Assembly: GCA_032718475.1 (NCBI GenBank)
Contig: JAUCBJ010003676.1
Coordinates: forward strand, 80,763 to 144,762
DNA from: Nemertoderma westbladi
Lineage: Eukaryota > Animalia > Xenacoelomorpha
Length of the DNA stretch: 64,000 nt
Direction: 5' to 3'
The notes under the pieces: model-generated
The model's database searches: none
Seen by the model: only the letters and a program-made list of their open reading frames with translations
Told to the model about the DNA's origin: nothing
Shown here: in pieces, positions 21,767 to 35,263 of the stretch
Layout: each line of letters begins with the position of its first letter
How positions within the stretch are numbered: position 1 is the stretch's first letter
Position numbers and translations under genes: made by a program

Positions 21767-22745
21767 TCAGTATAACATTGAGGAATCTAACATCGATCTC
21801 ATTCTTGAACAGTGCTGTGTTCCCACGGCAACTGTTGATACTAGATTATTAGTGGTAGCATCAATCCTATTAAATAAATTGACTATGGATTTATGACGCA
21901 CATGGATGAAACACGGCAAGCTGTGCACGCCAAAAAACAGCGACATACTACCGCGTACTGGTAATGAAAATAGCAATCGAGCAGCACTGTTGTAAGCAAC
22001 TTTGATACGATTATGAACAGAGTTAAAACAATTATCAATCAGCCGTTGTAGGCCAATAGCAGAGTTGTATATTAGGCAAATATCACGATAAAAAAGTATT
22101 GAGCCGAATGCTATTGCTGTACACAAAATGCTCAGCAGCAATACCATCTGGTCCAACCGCCTTTCCTAATTTTAAATTTGAGATTGCACAGCTAATCTCA
22201 GATGGGCTGATAATAATATCACTACAATATAATAAATCTTCTAATGAGTTATCTACAAACGACCTGTTGGTTTTACTTTCGTCTAAATTAGCATCACAAC
22301 AATTTAAAAGATTACAATATTCCTGCTTAAACATATTACCAATCAACTTCTCACCAACTGCACCACTATCTACATTTGGTAACGGCACCGCACTACTATT
22401 TTCTTTTTTAACCGAATTCCAAAAAGTGGAATAATCTTTCTTAATTTCGGCCTCTGCAATTTTATTGCACCGAATTACTTTTTCATTTCTTTTACATTGA
22501 CGCAAACAGCGTTTAAAATCGGCCTTTGAAACTAAATAGCGCCTGTGCAGCTCCCCATGTCGGGGTGATCCTGCACCACGCCACATTTTAAAAATACTTC
22601 GACATAATTTTTCTTTTACAATATCGTTCCATCCTGGAACATTGTGCTAATTAAAACTGTCGCCAGTGAGTTTAACCGGAATAGTTTTAGCGGCACAATC
22701 CAACACAACTTCGGAAATTGAGTCCCAAAAGTTAGACATATCTTG
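21767..22745 (-). pseudogene. Internally deleted non-LTR retrotransposon ORF (RTE-X-like)
   Basis: VPGWND..., LKLGKAVGPDGIAAEHF, DICLI...GLQRLIDNC, KVAYNSAAR motifs; most of RT missing. Confidence 0.7.
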
Positions 22746-23894
22746 ATGGTGAAAAACCACATTAATAAACATAGATATACAACTTCTCTAATGCTTTTAA
22801 GGTTGCCTGTTGTGTATTGTGTAAGATACCTAAGATTTGTATCTCTAGAATCAGTTGATATGACTCTTCAGTTTTCTGTTCTAAGAGAAGAAGGATTCCT
22901 ATTCAACTCAAATCACACCACATTTGGAATTGCAGGGAGATATTAGCAGGTCAAATTAATATACAAACATTCAACAAAATATTCAAAATTTCTCAATATT
23001 TGACTTTCTTGTTGTGCATTGTGAAGATGACATAGTTAGGGGTAGTAATTGACACATAAATTTCGTGATGGCCCAAGATACCTTTTGGATACTACTTCGT
23101 TTCTAAAATCAAAAATATTCTTACAATTTTATTTTCCTAAAAATTGTTCGATTTTAGTAAATTCTACAATGTTTGGCCTCAGTGTGCATCGGGAAGACCA
23201 ACATATGATGCGCTTATTTTTTGCATGTTATTTTATGTTGCCCTTCCACAACTTTTACATACTACTACTACTTCATCTCCAAAATCCAAAATTCGCATTT
23301 TTTCATCCACCCTAGTCTCATAAGGGGAATCTCAACAGGTGATGCCATCCGCCACCTTTTACAATGTCTCATTGTCTCCATGTGGAATTCTGGCATATGG
23401 CTACGCCCAATACACCACTGTACAGTGTACATACCTATGTGGATGGTGTCCTCTAAGGAATATCTTAGCGTAAGTTTAATAAATGTTATGTTCCTTTCAT
23501 TATAATACTGTCAAATTTTAAATTATAACCCTATTAATATCGGGCTATAATATGTTGTATAAATAGAGCGAGGTATTTGTACATAGGGTGGGTCGATTTA
23601 TACTTTTTTGGATATCTAGATTTTCTCATTGATAAAAAGTGGCCTTGGGTCCTAACACTAGGTATACACGTGATTTTACTTCCTAAAAATCATGTTTGAC
23701 CCCTGCATCAAATTTTATTAAAACCCATATATTTTAAATTAATTCTCCTGAAATACGAAGTAGGTAATTTAATTTTCTCACTAATTTAATGATAAAGACA
23801 AAAGCATAATTGGAAATTATTGATGATTTTTATCATTTATATTAACCATTACCCGTGCACATAATTATTAAATTTGGTCAATTTACCACATTTT

Positions 23895-24465
23895 TTGCTT
23901 TTTGCCAGTATTTAGACAAACCGTGCCAGTGAAGTAGATGGTATCCCCCTGAAGTCTTTAAAATACCAGAAGTTTGGAACTCATATACCCCATCTTAGTA
24001 GACATTGCTAGACAGAATGAGACGAGAGTCCTACAAGAAATAAAACTTTGATCTATTCAGGGAATCGCATTGATCTTGATTGCCGCAAATACAATATAAT
24101 TATATTAAATCGCACTAGGGATCCTCTATCGAGAGACTGCTACGTGGAAATCAGAATGGGTTCCTTAAAGGTCGTGGCCATGTTGGCACTTAGAAGGATA
24201 ATTGAAGAGTTATCAAAAAAGAAAGACAGACAGACATCTGGCTGTATTTTTGTTGACTTCTTCAAGGGCTTTGATTCAGTCTCTCGCTCACGCATGTTCA
24301 GCATACTTCCATTATATGGGATCCCTGATGAAATTATTGCAGCAATGAGATCAGTCTCGATGGTTCGACGACATTTGTGTCTACTGTTGATGGTGACGCA
24401 GAACCATTTGAAGTGTATGTGGAATCCTCCAGGGAGACACACTTATTCACCATTCTTATTATTCG
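23895..24465 (+). pseudogene. Decayed RTE-clade LINE RT fragment
   Basis: RASEVDGIPPEVFKIP, LALRRIIEE, FVDFFKGFDSV, YGIP, GILQGDT motifs with frameshifts. Confidence 0.75.
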
Positions 24466-25544
24466 TACAACCCCTCTCCTCTCTAGAATCTAAAAATTTT
24501 AACGAAAACTATTAATTTTGGCACTTCAACCCGGGGGTGCTAAGACTGCTGCCTAGGCTGAGTTCTCAGCCAGCGTAGGCTGAGAGGACTGGGGAGTCAT
24601 TTCAAGAAAGGAGTCCTTGTACATCATCCTTGTACATCATCCTTGTACACTAGAGCCAACAAGATGATCTAAAGGAGGATGGTAATTTCAGTCTTCATAA
24701 GGCTGATAGCTAAAGCGGTGATATATTGGTTTCTGGGTTAGCGAAGTGCAATCGCATATAGGGATAATCCCATAACAATAGCTCAGTTATGAAATGAGGG
24801 ATTGGGTTGGATTTGAGGGTCGATGGCTTGGTGATTAAAATCTTTAATTTAGCATGATTTAGCCCCCTCCCTTGTGTTCCATTCACACTCCATTATACCC
24901 CCCACACCCTGGGCTTTCAGCAGATCTGATGGTAAACCACACCACACAGAGAGCCCTCATCGATGATGCACCAAACATTGTTCAGTAACCCAGAGACTTC
25001 TTCCCGAATTAGCTCAGAAACAAGGTAGTCCACCTTGTTTCTTCACCCTGTTTTTTAATGAAATAATAGGTCTGTTCCTTAATAGTTGAAAGTTACTGAT
25101 TACTAATATATAACAATTATTTCTAAATAAATTTATATTTCTGATAAATTATATCCAGTTAAATATTGAAGTATATATGTTACTCCTACACAATTATAAT
25201 CAAGTCAAAATTGGCAATGAATTTAAGTTACTGTTAAATAATAACCAGTCATGAGTAGATTGATACACGATTTCGAAAAACATGGTACTTACAGGTATTT
25301 AATTTTCTGTTAATTCTTGATAAATTCAAGTTTCTTATAAATAAATATAACATACTGATAAATAATTATTGAAGTATATAAATTATACATTTGTAATATC
25401 AATGTATTTCTCGATAAAATTTATCGAGAAATACATTGATATTACAAATGAATAATGTTTAAAAGATAGAAATAAGCGCTATATAATACATAATAGGCCT
25501 AATGAGAAATAAAAAGTCCAAATTCAGAGTAGATCGGAATTCTT

Positions 25545-26852
25545 GATTGGGTGTCTTTATATCCCAGGGGTCTTTATATCCCAGGGGTCTTTATATCCCA
25601 TCTTAAAAAAAGCCTTAAAAATGGGTCTTTATATCCCAAGGGTCTTTATATCCCAGGGGTCTTTATATCCCATTTCTACACTAAAAGCGAGTCTTTATAT
25701 CCCAGGGGTCTTTATATCCCAAGGGGCTTTATATCCCAAGGGGCTTTATATCCCAGGGGGCGTTATATCCAGTAGGTCCTTTTTGTAATGGTCCCGCAAC
25801 TTTTCAATAAATATACTTCTGAGGAAATATAACAATAACTAGTATAATAATTAAGGATAAAAATTAATTATTAAAATATTTACAATTGAAGGTAAACCCT
25901 GTCACCAACACCTAATCCACCGCCTCTTCCATTATCACCTAGACCACCGCCACCAACACCTAGTCCACCATCTCCTCCACCAACACCTAGTCCACCCACG
26001 CCGCCACCAACACCTAGTCCACCCTCTCCTCCACCAACACCTAGTCCACCCTCTCCTCCACCAACACCTAGTCCACCCACACCGCCACCAACACCTAGTC
26101 CACCCTCTCCTCCACCAACACCTAGTCCACCCACACCGCCACCAACACCTAGTCCACCCTCTCCTCCACCAACACCTAGTCAACCCACACCGCCACCAAC
26201 ACCTAGTCCACCCTCTCCTCCACCAACACCTAGTCCACCCACACCGCCACCAACACCTAGTTCACCCACACCGCCACCAACACCTAGTCCACCCTCTCCT
26301 CCACCAACACCTAGTCCACCCACACCGCCACCAACACCTAGTCCACCCTCTCCTCCACCAACACCTAGTCCACCCACACCGCCACCAACACCTAGTCCAC
26401 CCTCTCCTCCACCAACACCTAGTCCACCCACACCGCCACCAACACCTAGTCCACCCTCTCCTCCACCAACACCTAGTCCACCCACACCGCCACCAACACC
26501 TAGTCCACCCTCTCCTCCACCAACACCTAGTCCACCCACACCGCCACCAACACCTAGTCCACCCTCTCCTCCACCAACACCTAGTCCACCCACACCGCCA
26601 CCAACACCTAGTTCCCACCAATTTCCACCTATTTCCCACCAAAGAATTTATTCTCCCAGAATAACTGGTGGGATATAAAGCCCCCTGGGATATAAAGACC
26701 CTTGGGATATAAAGACCCCTGGGATATAAAGACCCGATTTTAGTTTAGAAGTGGGATATAACGACCCCTGGGATATAAAGACCCATTTTTTTAGGGTGGG
26801 ATATAAAGACCCTTGGGATATAAAGACCCCTGGGATATAAAGACCTGAGACC
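25545..26852. mobile_element. Non-autonomous foldback-type DNA transposon with repeat-built TIRs
   Basis: Left array of (GGTCTTTATATCCCAGG)n at ~25552-25770 and reverse-complement array at ~26668-26845; 8-bp direct repeat GAATTCTT at 25537-25544 and 26853-26860. Confidence 0.75.
25945..26612 (+). repeat. 27-bp minisatellite, mostly alternating A/B variants (54-bp dimer)
   Basis: CCACCAACACCTAGTCCA followed by CCCTCTCCT or CCCACACCG, about 25 copies. Confidence 0.95.
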
Positions 26853-27432
26853 GAATTCTTTACCCGTAGAAGTAGTCGATACACGTACCTTAAAAATGTT
26901 TTGTACAAATCTGAAAAACGTTGATCTACTACGTAAAGGTTTTGCACGTTTTATCGATTTGATAAATAATATATTATTACAGTACATTGATTTATTATAT
27001 ATTACATTAATATACTTTGGTGCTTTTTTTCGTTGTAATTTTAAAAGTGTTGATTTACAATAATTACATGTGGCAACAGTTTCATTTATGGTAAATACTG
27101 TCATAATCTATGTAAAAAAAACACCGCGGCCTCCATAAGTGCTATGCCTGGGCGATCTTCTCACATGCATAGACTCAAACATTTGTTATTTGTTTAATAA
27201 TTATAATAATAATAAACATAAAAGGAAAATATGTCGACCCAGTACTGCAGTACTGTAAAGTACCAGTAATATGAATTGAAAAATTGAATTGAATTGAACA
27301 GAAAATGTGCTAATATATTGTACCGGTATGTATCTCATTTATTGAAACCCATTTCTGCATTTAGTTCAGGCAACAATAAACAGTGGATATGTTAATCAAC
27401 ATTTTAAAATTATAGCTAAATAGGCTAAAAGC

Positions 27433-29602
27433 GTAGCTAAATATATGTGAAAGATAAATAATAACCAGTCAAGTGTATCTAAATATATGTGAAAGATAAA
27501 TAATAACCAGTCAAGTGTATCTAAATATATGTGAAAGATAAATAATAACCAGTCAAGTCTAGCTAAATATATGTGAAAGATAAATAATAACCAGTCAAGT
27601 CTAGCTAAATATAAGTGAATGATAAATAATAACCAGTCAAGTGTAGCTAAATATATGTGAAACATAAATAATAACCAGTCAAGTGTAGCTAAATATATGT
27701 GAATGATAAATAATAACCAGTCAAGTGTAGCTAAATATATGTGAATGATAAATAATATCCAGTCAAGTGTAGCTAAATATATGTGAATGATAAATAATAA
27801 CCAGTCAAGTGTAGCTAAATATATGTGAAACATAAATAATAACCAGTCAAGTGTAGCTAAATATATGTGAAAGATAAATAATAACCAGTCAAGTGTAGCT
27901 AAATATATGTGAAAGATAAATAATAACCAGTCAAGTGTATCTAAATATATGTGAAAGATAAATAATAACCAGTCAAGTGTATCTAAATATATGTGAAAGA
28001 TAAATAATAACCAGTCAAGTCTAGCTAAATATATGTGAAAGATAAATAATAACCAGTCAAGTGTAGCTAAATATATGTGAATGATAAATAATAACCAGTC
28101 AAGTGTAGCTAAATATATGTGAAACATAAATAATAACCAGTCAAGTGTAGCTAAATATATGTGAATGATAAATAATAACCAGTCAAGTGTAGCTAAATAT
28201 ATGTGAATGATAAATAATATCCAGTCAAGTGTAGCTAAATATATGTGAATGATAAATAATAACCAGTCAAGTGTAGCTAAATATATGTGAAACATAAATA
28301 ATAACCAGTCAAGTGTAGCTAAATATATGTGAAAGATAAATAATAACCAGTCAAGTGTAGCTAAATATATGTGAAAGATAAATAATAGCCAGTCAAGTGT
28401 AGCTAAATATATGTGAAAGATAAATAATAGCCAGTCAAGTGTAGCTAAATATATGTGAAAGATAAATAATATCCAGTCAAGTGTAGCTAAATATATGTGA
28501 ATGATAAATAATAACCAGTCAAGTGTAGCTAAATATATGTGAAACATAAATAATAACCAGTCAAGTGTAGCTAAATATATGTGAAAGATAAATAATAACC
28601 AGTCAAGTGTAGCTAAATATATGTGAAACATAAATAATAACCAGTCAAGTGTAGCTAAATATATGTGAAAGATAAATAATAACCAGTCAAGTGTAGCTAA
28701 ATATATGTGAAAGATAAATAATAGCCAGTCAAGTGTAGCTAAATATATGTGAAAGATAAATAATAGCCAGTCAAGTGTAGCTAAATATATGTGAAAGATA
28801 AATAATAGCCAGTCAAGTGTAGCTAAATATATGTGAAAGATAAATAATAGCCAGTCAAGTGTAGCTAAATATATGTGAAAGATAAATAATAGCCAGTCAA
28901 GTGTAGCTAAATATATGTGAAAGATAAATAATAGGCAGTCAAGTGTAGCTAAATATATGTGAAAGATAAATAATAGCCAGTCAAGTGTAGCTAAATATAT
29001 GTGAAAGATAAATAATAGCCAGTCAAGTGTAGCTAAATATATGTGAATGATAAATAATATCCAGTCAAGTGTAGCTAAATATATGTGAATGATAAATAAT
29101 AACCAGTCAAGTGTAGCTAAATATATGTGAAACATAAATAATAACCAGTCAAGTGTAGCTAAATATATGTGAAAGATAAATAATAACCAGTCAAGTGTAG
29201 CTAAATATATGTGAAAGATAAATAATAGCCAGTCAAGTGTAGCTAAATATATGTGAAAGATAAATAATAGCCAGTCAAGTGTAGCTAAATATATGTGAAA
29301 GATAAATAATAGCCAGTCAAGTGTAGCTAAATATATGTGAAAGATAAATAATAGCCAGTCAAGTGTAGCTAAATATATGTGAAAGATAAATAATAGCCAG
29401 TCAAGTGTAGCTAAATATATGTGAAAGATAAATAATAACCAGTCAAGTGTAGCTAAATATATGTGAAAGATAAATAATAACCAGTCAAGTGTAGCTAAAT
29501 ATATGTGAAACATAAATAATAGCCAGTCAAGTGTAGCTAAATATATGTGAAACATAAATAATAGCCAGTCAAGTGTAGCTAAATATATGTGAAAGATAAA
29601 TA
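27433..29602. repeat. 42-bp tandem satellite, about 51 copies
   Basis: Unit AAGTGTAGCTAAATATATGTGAAAGATAAATAATAACCAGTC. Confidence 0.97.
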
Positions 29603-29786
29603 TATATGAGAACTATTGTTTTTTCTTATTGATAGTAAGAATGTGTTGGATGTGAATGAATTATTTTTTCTGTTGCATACTTTCTGATAAATAGTTATGT
29701 AGTCATAGTAGATTTGGTTGATTGTTTTCCCTATTATGTTAAGGGAAACAAATTTATGAGCAGTTGAATTGGGTTAATATCTGGCT

Positions 29787-30538
29787 TTATTTCCATATGA
29801 AGGAGACAAATAGTAAAGCGATGAGAATCATATACTTTGAAACATCAACTGCTACAGCTGTGGCTGTAGTGGTTGTTGGTACTGTTGTGGTTTCCATCAA
29901 TGTTGTCGTCTCAGTAGTGGTCTTTGCAACTGTAACCGGGGTTGTAATGGTTTGAAGTGATATTCTTATGAGAGAATCACCAACATCTACCTCGAATCCC
30001 TCTTCTATGCCTCTTTCGAAAATGCCCTTCATGTCTTCAGAAACATAAATGGTTAAAGAAATCGTACCGTAAATATCATCTCCCTTACCGAAACAAACAA
30101 GTTTCCCAACGATGTAATTCATTTTTCCTACAACTGGTGCAAATCTCGTTGTCATCGCTACTATAATATCACTAATTGTGAAATCCGAACATGGAGAATA
30201 AGTGATGTTATACTCTGTCGCCACTTGATAGATAAATTTATCGATAGTATGACTTTCTTCATCCAATTGAATAATTCCACTTTTATAATAAACTTCGTAC
30301 AGATCTGATATATCCTTGATTAACTCATCGGTAGTTGTTATATTCGGAGATATTCCTACAAACTCGATTTCAACAATAATAGAACCGCATGTGATATTCA
30401 TACTTGCTACATTTGCTGTTTTCCTCACAACATATGATATATCATTCTTGAGTTTTTCAACTGCGGTTTTTTTACTTATGAAGTTGTAACATTCTTCTGT
30501 ACTAGCTTCAATCACTATTTTCACATAAGCTGATATTT
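29787..30538 (-). CDS. Host gene terminal exon: SEA-like region, Thr-rich stalk, C-terminal hydrophobic (GPI-signal/TM-like) tail
   Basis: Poly-T tract then AG acceptor, phase 1 (G|AA, EISAYVK...); CGSIIVEI; TTTETTT; ILIALLFVSFIWK-stop. Confidence 0.75.
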
Positions 30539-30832
30539 CTAAAAAAAAACACAATAATATTATAGAATACAAGGTTTCGGATGAACAGGTTGTCGAAAGT
30601 GAATCGAAAGTTTACAATCAAAGAGTCTGAAAATTTTTATGCATATCGATTTTGTTTGCAAGTTTGTTTGTTTCCGTTGTTTTGTTTGAATGTCGCCACC
30701 GCCAGATGAAGCTGTACTTGTTAAATTGCAAATAAATATTGCAAAAGAATGGAAGCCTTATGGTATGTTTTAAATATAGAGGACAATATGACACTTGTAT
30801 TGAATTAGAATTATAATCTGATATTTGCTTAC

Positions 30833-30961
30833 CACCACTACTACAGGAAACACCATCGCCAACATATCCTGGATTACATTTACAAGAAAAACTGCCATCA
30901 TTATTTGTACAGGTGGCATTATCGTGGCAATTATCGGTATTGGTAGAGCATTCGTCAACAT
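30833..30961 (-). CDS. Host gene exon: calcium-binding EGF domain
   Basis: cag|ATGTTGAC...G|gtaagc, 129 nt, phase 1-1; [40 protein letters not shown]. Confidence 0.93.
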
Positions 30962-31224
30962 CTGAATCATAAAATATTAGGAATTCATTAAATTACCAAA
31001 ATTAAAATTACAATAATATCAAAGCTATGTGGTGTTGATTTAAATGGATTAAATTAGGCTTAAATTTCATGGAAAAGTTGAATTTGTGTTCTATTTTAAT
31101 TATAATAAAATTTTTATTTTTAATTTTGTTTTTTTTTTCATTAAATTACATTATAATTGAAACTAGTATCCAAAAAGTATATAGAAAAATTATGTGATTT
31201 GAAGTTATTAGCAGCATTAAACGA

Positions 31225-33682
31225 ATGCAAACGAAAGCAGCATTATTGAATGTTTGCAACCGGATGTTAAAAGGCGAAAAGCCACCACCAATTTGGACTA
31301 AAGGTCAACTAAAGCCTCTCCCCAAGAAAGGAGACCTCGGTATACCAACAAACTATCGTGGGATCTGTCTGCTTGTGGTAGCTGCCAAAATGTACAATAA
31401 AATGATTCTATATAGGATTAGGCCCCACATAGAAAAACTACTGCGTAATAGCTCAGATACTTGCACTACGGAGACTGATTGAAGGAATTATGTCAAAGAA
31501 TCTCCCTGCAGTCATGACTTTTGTGGACTTCAAAAAGGCATTCGACTCCATCCATAGAGGTAAATGCTTGAAATCCTACGAGCTTATTGTATACCAGAAG
31601 TAATTGTTGCTGGTATTGAATTGTTATATTGTGACACAGAAGCGCAGCGCAGGTACTCTCACCAGATGGTTTTTCTCAACCCTGGGTGGCGTACTGCAAG
31701 GTGACACATTAGCACACTTACTATTTGTCATTGTGCTGGATTATGCAATGAGGACGGCCACAAAGGGTGAATATCTGGTATTCACACTTCAAGAACACAG
31801 AAGTAGTAGATATCCAGCAACTACAGTCACAGACACCAACTTTGCGGATGACATCGCCGTGCTCTCTAATACTCCAGCAGATGCACAGCTTCTACTAGAT
31901 AAAGTGGAGAGGGCTGCTAAGGAGGTTGGATTGTAATACACTAGCAGATGCACAGCTTCTACTAAATTATAGAATGTCCCCAATGCGAAAAGGTGAGCTG
32001 ACTGCCTTGGCAGATAAGCTTTCTCTTAGCGCAGTGGGTGTTCAAGAGCACCGAATGCAGACTGGACAGACTGATGAGGTTCTGATTAAGGACATGGGGG
32101 GCGGTCAGCATGCATTCTTAACATTCCTGGGAGACTTTAATGCAAGTCTGCATCAATCACCTACATCGCCCTGGGTCTATAGCAATAGTGTTAACCGAAA
32201 TTCTGTCCATCTTCAGGATTTTATCTCTGGAAATGGATTGTTTTCGGCTGGAACCCAGTTCAAGAAGCGAACTGGAAAGCTATGGACTCATAGTGGACCC
32301 AGTGGTCACAAGTCCCAGATAGACCATATTCTGTTTCGTAGGAAATACAGGAGCTCTATACAAGACTGTAATGCATTTACACTTCGACACTTCTCCAGTG
32401 ATCACCGCCTTATTGTGGCCAAGGTAAGACTTAGTCTGCGTGCTAGCAGAACAACTAAATCTGCCTTGCCGCGACATGACTGGTCCTCTCTGTTGCAACA
32501 GCCAAGTGTGAGATCCAGCTTCACACTACAGCTGAGCAACAGGTATGAGGCTCTTGCCTTTGAGGCGGCAGATCACTATGAGGACTATACTGCCTTTACA
32601 GAAGCAGTTAAGTTAGCAGCTGCAGAAACAGTTCCTGTATTCCCTCGAAACAGGAAAAGGGCCCCCTGGACTGACAACAAAATTCAGAAGTGCCGAAATG
32701 ACCTTCATAAGGCGCAGAAAGAGTCCCGACTCAAACAGACTACAGCGGCCAAGAATGCAGTTAAGGCTGTGTTAGCGTATTCAATTCCGCTAACACCCCA
32801 CAAAGTAAGCCGTTAAGCAATATTAGGGGCCACGAGGTTGGTTACCCAATCTCGCGTCATCCCAACAAAGTGGGAAGGAGAAACACACAATAGGGGTCAG
32901 GGGCCATACCCCTGACAGAGAGAGAATAGCAAGGGCGAAGGGAAGCACTTCAGAGGGGGGCAAAGGGTGACAAGTAGGATATTAGCCAATGGGGGGAAGG
33001 CATCGGCTGAGTAGTGATTATATGGCCAACTGTGCAATATATATTACCGGTCGATGCAGCATTCATTCAGTTATCACAGTACAGTCAGGCAGAACGGTGA
33101 CAGTTAGGACCGTCGCCGCCGTCACCATATTACCGGTACATTACCATCATTAACTGCTATCTGCTATCATCCTATTTATACTGTATTTCATATATCAACA
33201 ATAACGTCGGAGCAACACAAACTCTTTTCCATCACGGTGCGGCGGAGACGCGTACACAAACAACACCGGATAAACTGGGATCCTCTCGGGTCCCGTCACA
33301 GGCTGCATCTAGGTCCCTGAACAGGCAGTACTCTGTTAATCTACAGGAGCTAATAAACCAACAGGTTGATGCCATCAATGATGCTGACGACAGCAGACAA
33401 TCATCCCAGGCATGGAAATCGATCAACTTGCTTACTGGGCGGAAAAGCCAACCAACCACCAAGGTTAAGGCTGAATCACCAGCCGATCGCCTCAATGGTT
33501 GGAAAGCCCACTTTGAAAAGCTCCTCAATAATGACAGGGTATTGCCTGATAACTTTATAGAAGTAAAAGTGTCTGAGTCTGTACTCCCAGATATTCCCAT
33601 TGGCAATATCTCCTTTGCAGAAGTGAAGGCTGCTGCAAAGAGCATTCAGACCAATCGTGCCAGTGGAGTAGATGGTGTTCCC
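31225..33682 (+). mobile_element. Rearranged RTE-clade LINE pieces (RT fragment, then APE endonuclease/linker), interrupted by a solo LTR and cut by a BEL insertion
   Basis: PKKGDL..NYRGI, GVLQGDTL, FADDIA; then VGVQEHR, LGDFNA, IDHIL, SDHR; matches the copy at 55105-56310. Confidence 0.9.
32770..33300. mobile_element. Solo LTR, 531 bp
   Basis: TG...CA insert with 5-bp TSD GGCTG (32765-32769, 33301-33305); absent from the paralogous LINE copy at ~55790. Confidence 0.88.
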
Positions 33683-34512
33683 TGTTCGCGGTATTTCAAC
33701 TTTTCATAATGCGAGTTGAATATTTTTTGTATTTATTTAAAATGATTATTCCGATATCACTACTGGGTGCGGGACCATGGGTTTTGGGCATATTCTATAA
33801 ACTGGGGGCGATTTATGGGCGAACTTTGGGGCGACTTACAGGGTACGGGACTAATTTCATGTTTATAAGGGCCAGGGGGGGATGGAAAATTCAAGCAGTA
33901 TTCAGGTTAGCCTGATTACTATTACGCCCTGGCCAACTTCCTGCTGCCTGTAGAGGTGGATTTGGTAACGCGCCAGGCCTAAAGGACAAGGACTGCCCTT
34001 AGCGGTCCCTGGCCAACAGCAGTTATTACGAGCCTGAAAAGGACATCGGAACGCCAGCTGCTTGTGTCAGGGATTTGCGACGGGAAACGACAGCCCCCTT
34101 AGCCAAGCCGTACTGGTTCTCAATGACCGATCCCTTCGGGGTTCGCGAGGGGTGGGACGGACACGCGAATGGGTGGCCGACTTACTGAGGAAGGGTTTGA
34201 CGAGGACTGCCCTTAGCGGTCTCTGGTCTACAGCAGTTATTACGAGCCTGAAAAGGACATCGGAACGCCGGCTGCTTGTACCAGGGATTTGCGACGGGAA
34301 CCGACGACAGACCCCTTAGCCAAGCCGTACTGGTTCTCGATGATTGTTCCCTTCGGGGTTCGTGAGGGGTGGGACAGACACGCGACGGGGTCGAAAGACA
34401 AAGGACTGGACTGGACACGCGACAGGGTCGACCGACACCGACACTACGGCATCAAGACTAGGACCGAGGGAAAATCTGGGGAACATTAGTTAGGCTAAAA
34501 TCTGAGCGAACA
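33683..34512 (+). repeat. Putative 5' LTR (~830 bp) with internal ~214-bp tandem duplication
   Basis: TGTTCGC...GCGAACA inverted termini; TTATAAGG at ~33863; duplicated block ~33990-34168 / ~34204-34385; end inferred without a second LTR. Confidence 0.6.
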
Positions 34513-35263
34513 GTGGGTAATTAAATAATATACTGTAGGGATTTATATTGTCGTGTATAATTATTGTGAATATTTGGTGTATATTGATTTGGGGAAGCCC
34601 AAAATTATTCTCAATCAGGATTGTACATTGTTACAGGATTGTAACAGGGTTAACTACATTAAAGGATATATCCAACCAATGCAGCTTTTTCTCAACCGCA
34701 ATCCTGCATCTAAGAAATTCCTCCTTCTCCACAATCAATATCCGGTGACTGGCCGGGACTCCGTGGTCTGTAAAGCCCCGCCTCCAGCTTCGGTGTTTTT
34801 CCCCCCTGGTGTCGGGATAACGGCAACAAAATTGAGAATAATTGGGTCAATTTTGACAGGGTGTCAAAATTGAGAATAAAACGCGGCCAACTTCAACTGG
34901 TGGAAGTTGAGAATCCTACAATACTCTTCAAAACTCTCTACGTGCTTGCCAGCACCCACTACGAGGAAACTCTGGTATTTGAGTTAAGACTAAGTCGTGG
35001 TTTAATTAATCAACAAACTCGATCTAACCAACTCGTAGTCGGCAGATCACATATTCGGAGAGTTGTTAACAGGGAATGGAAGTATCGATCATACCCATTG
35101 ATATAATCCAAGTTGAGCCAGGAATCTGGCACGTCGAGGTTGAAGTACAAGGAACGAACGTCGGACGATTCAGGATTACCATTCGGGTGGTCCAAGCTGA
35201 GTACAATACCTATGAGGAACTATTTTACGACATCGCATATCTAGCTATCGACGAGGCGCTACA

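Noticed and set aside
24520-25050. Possible LINE 5' UTR or HDV-like ribozyme with a 10-bp hairpin at ~25017-25041
   Set aside because: Could not build the nested pseudoknot or link it to an ORF by eye
25880-26642. Gly-rich and Trp/Arg/Cys-rich ORFs on the minus strand
   Set aside because: Translations of the 27-bp minisatellite
27396-29555. 719-aa hydrophobic ORF (FHIYLATLDWLLFI)n
   Set aside because: By-product of a 42-bp stop-free satellite unit; no unique coding sequence
34030-34092. Hammerhead ribozyme (CTGA...GAAAC) in the second LTR
   Set aside because: Core reads CTGAAAA rather than CTGANGA and the stems do not close
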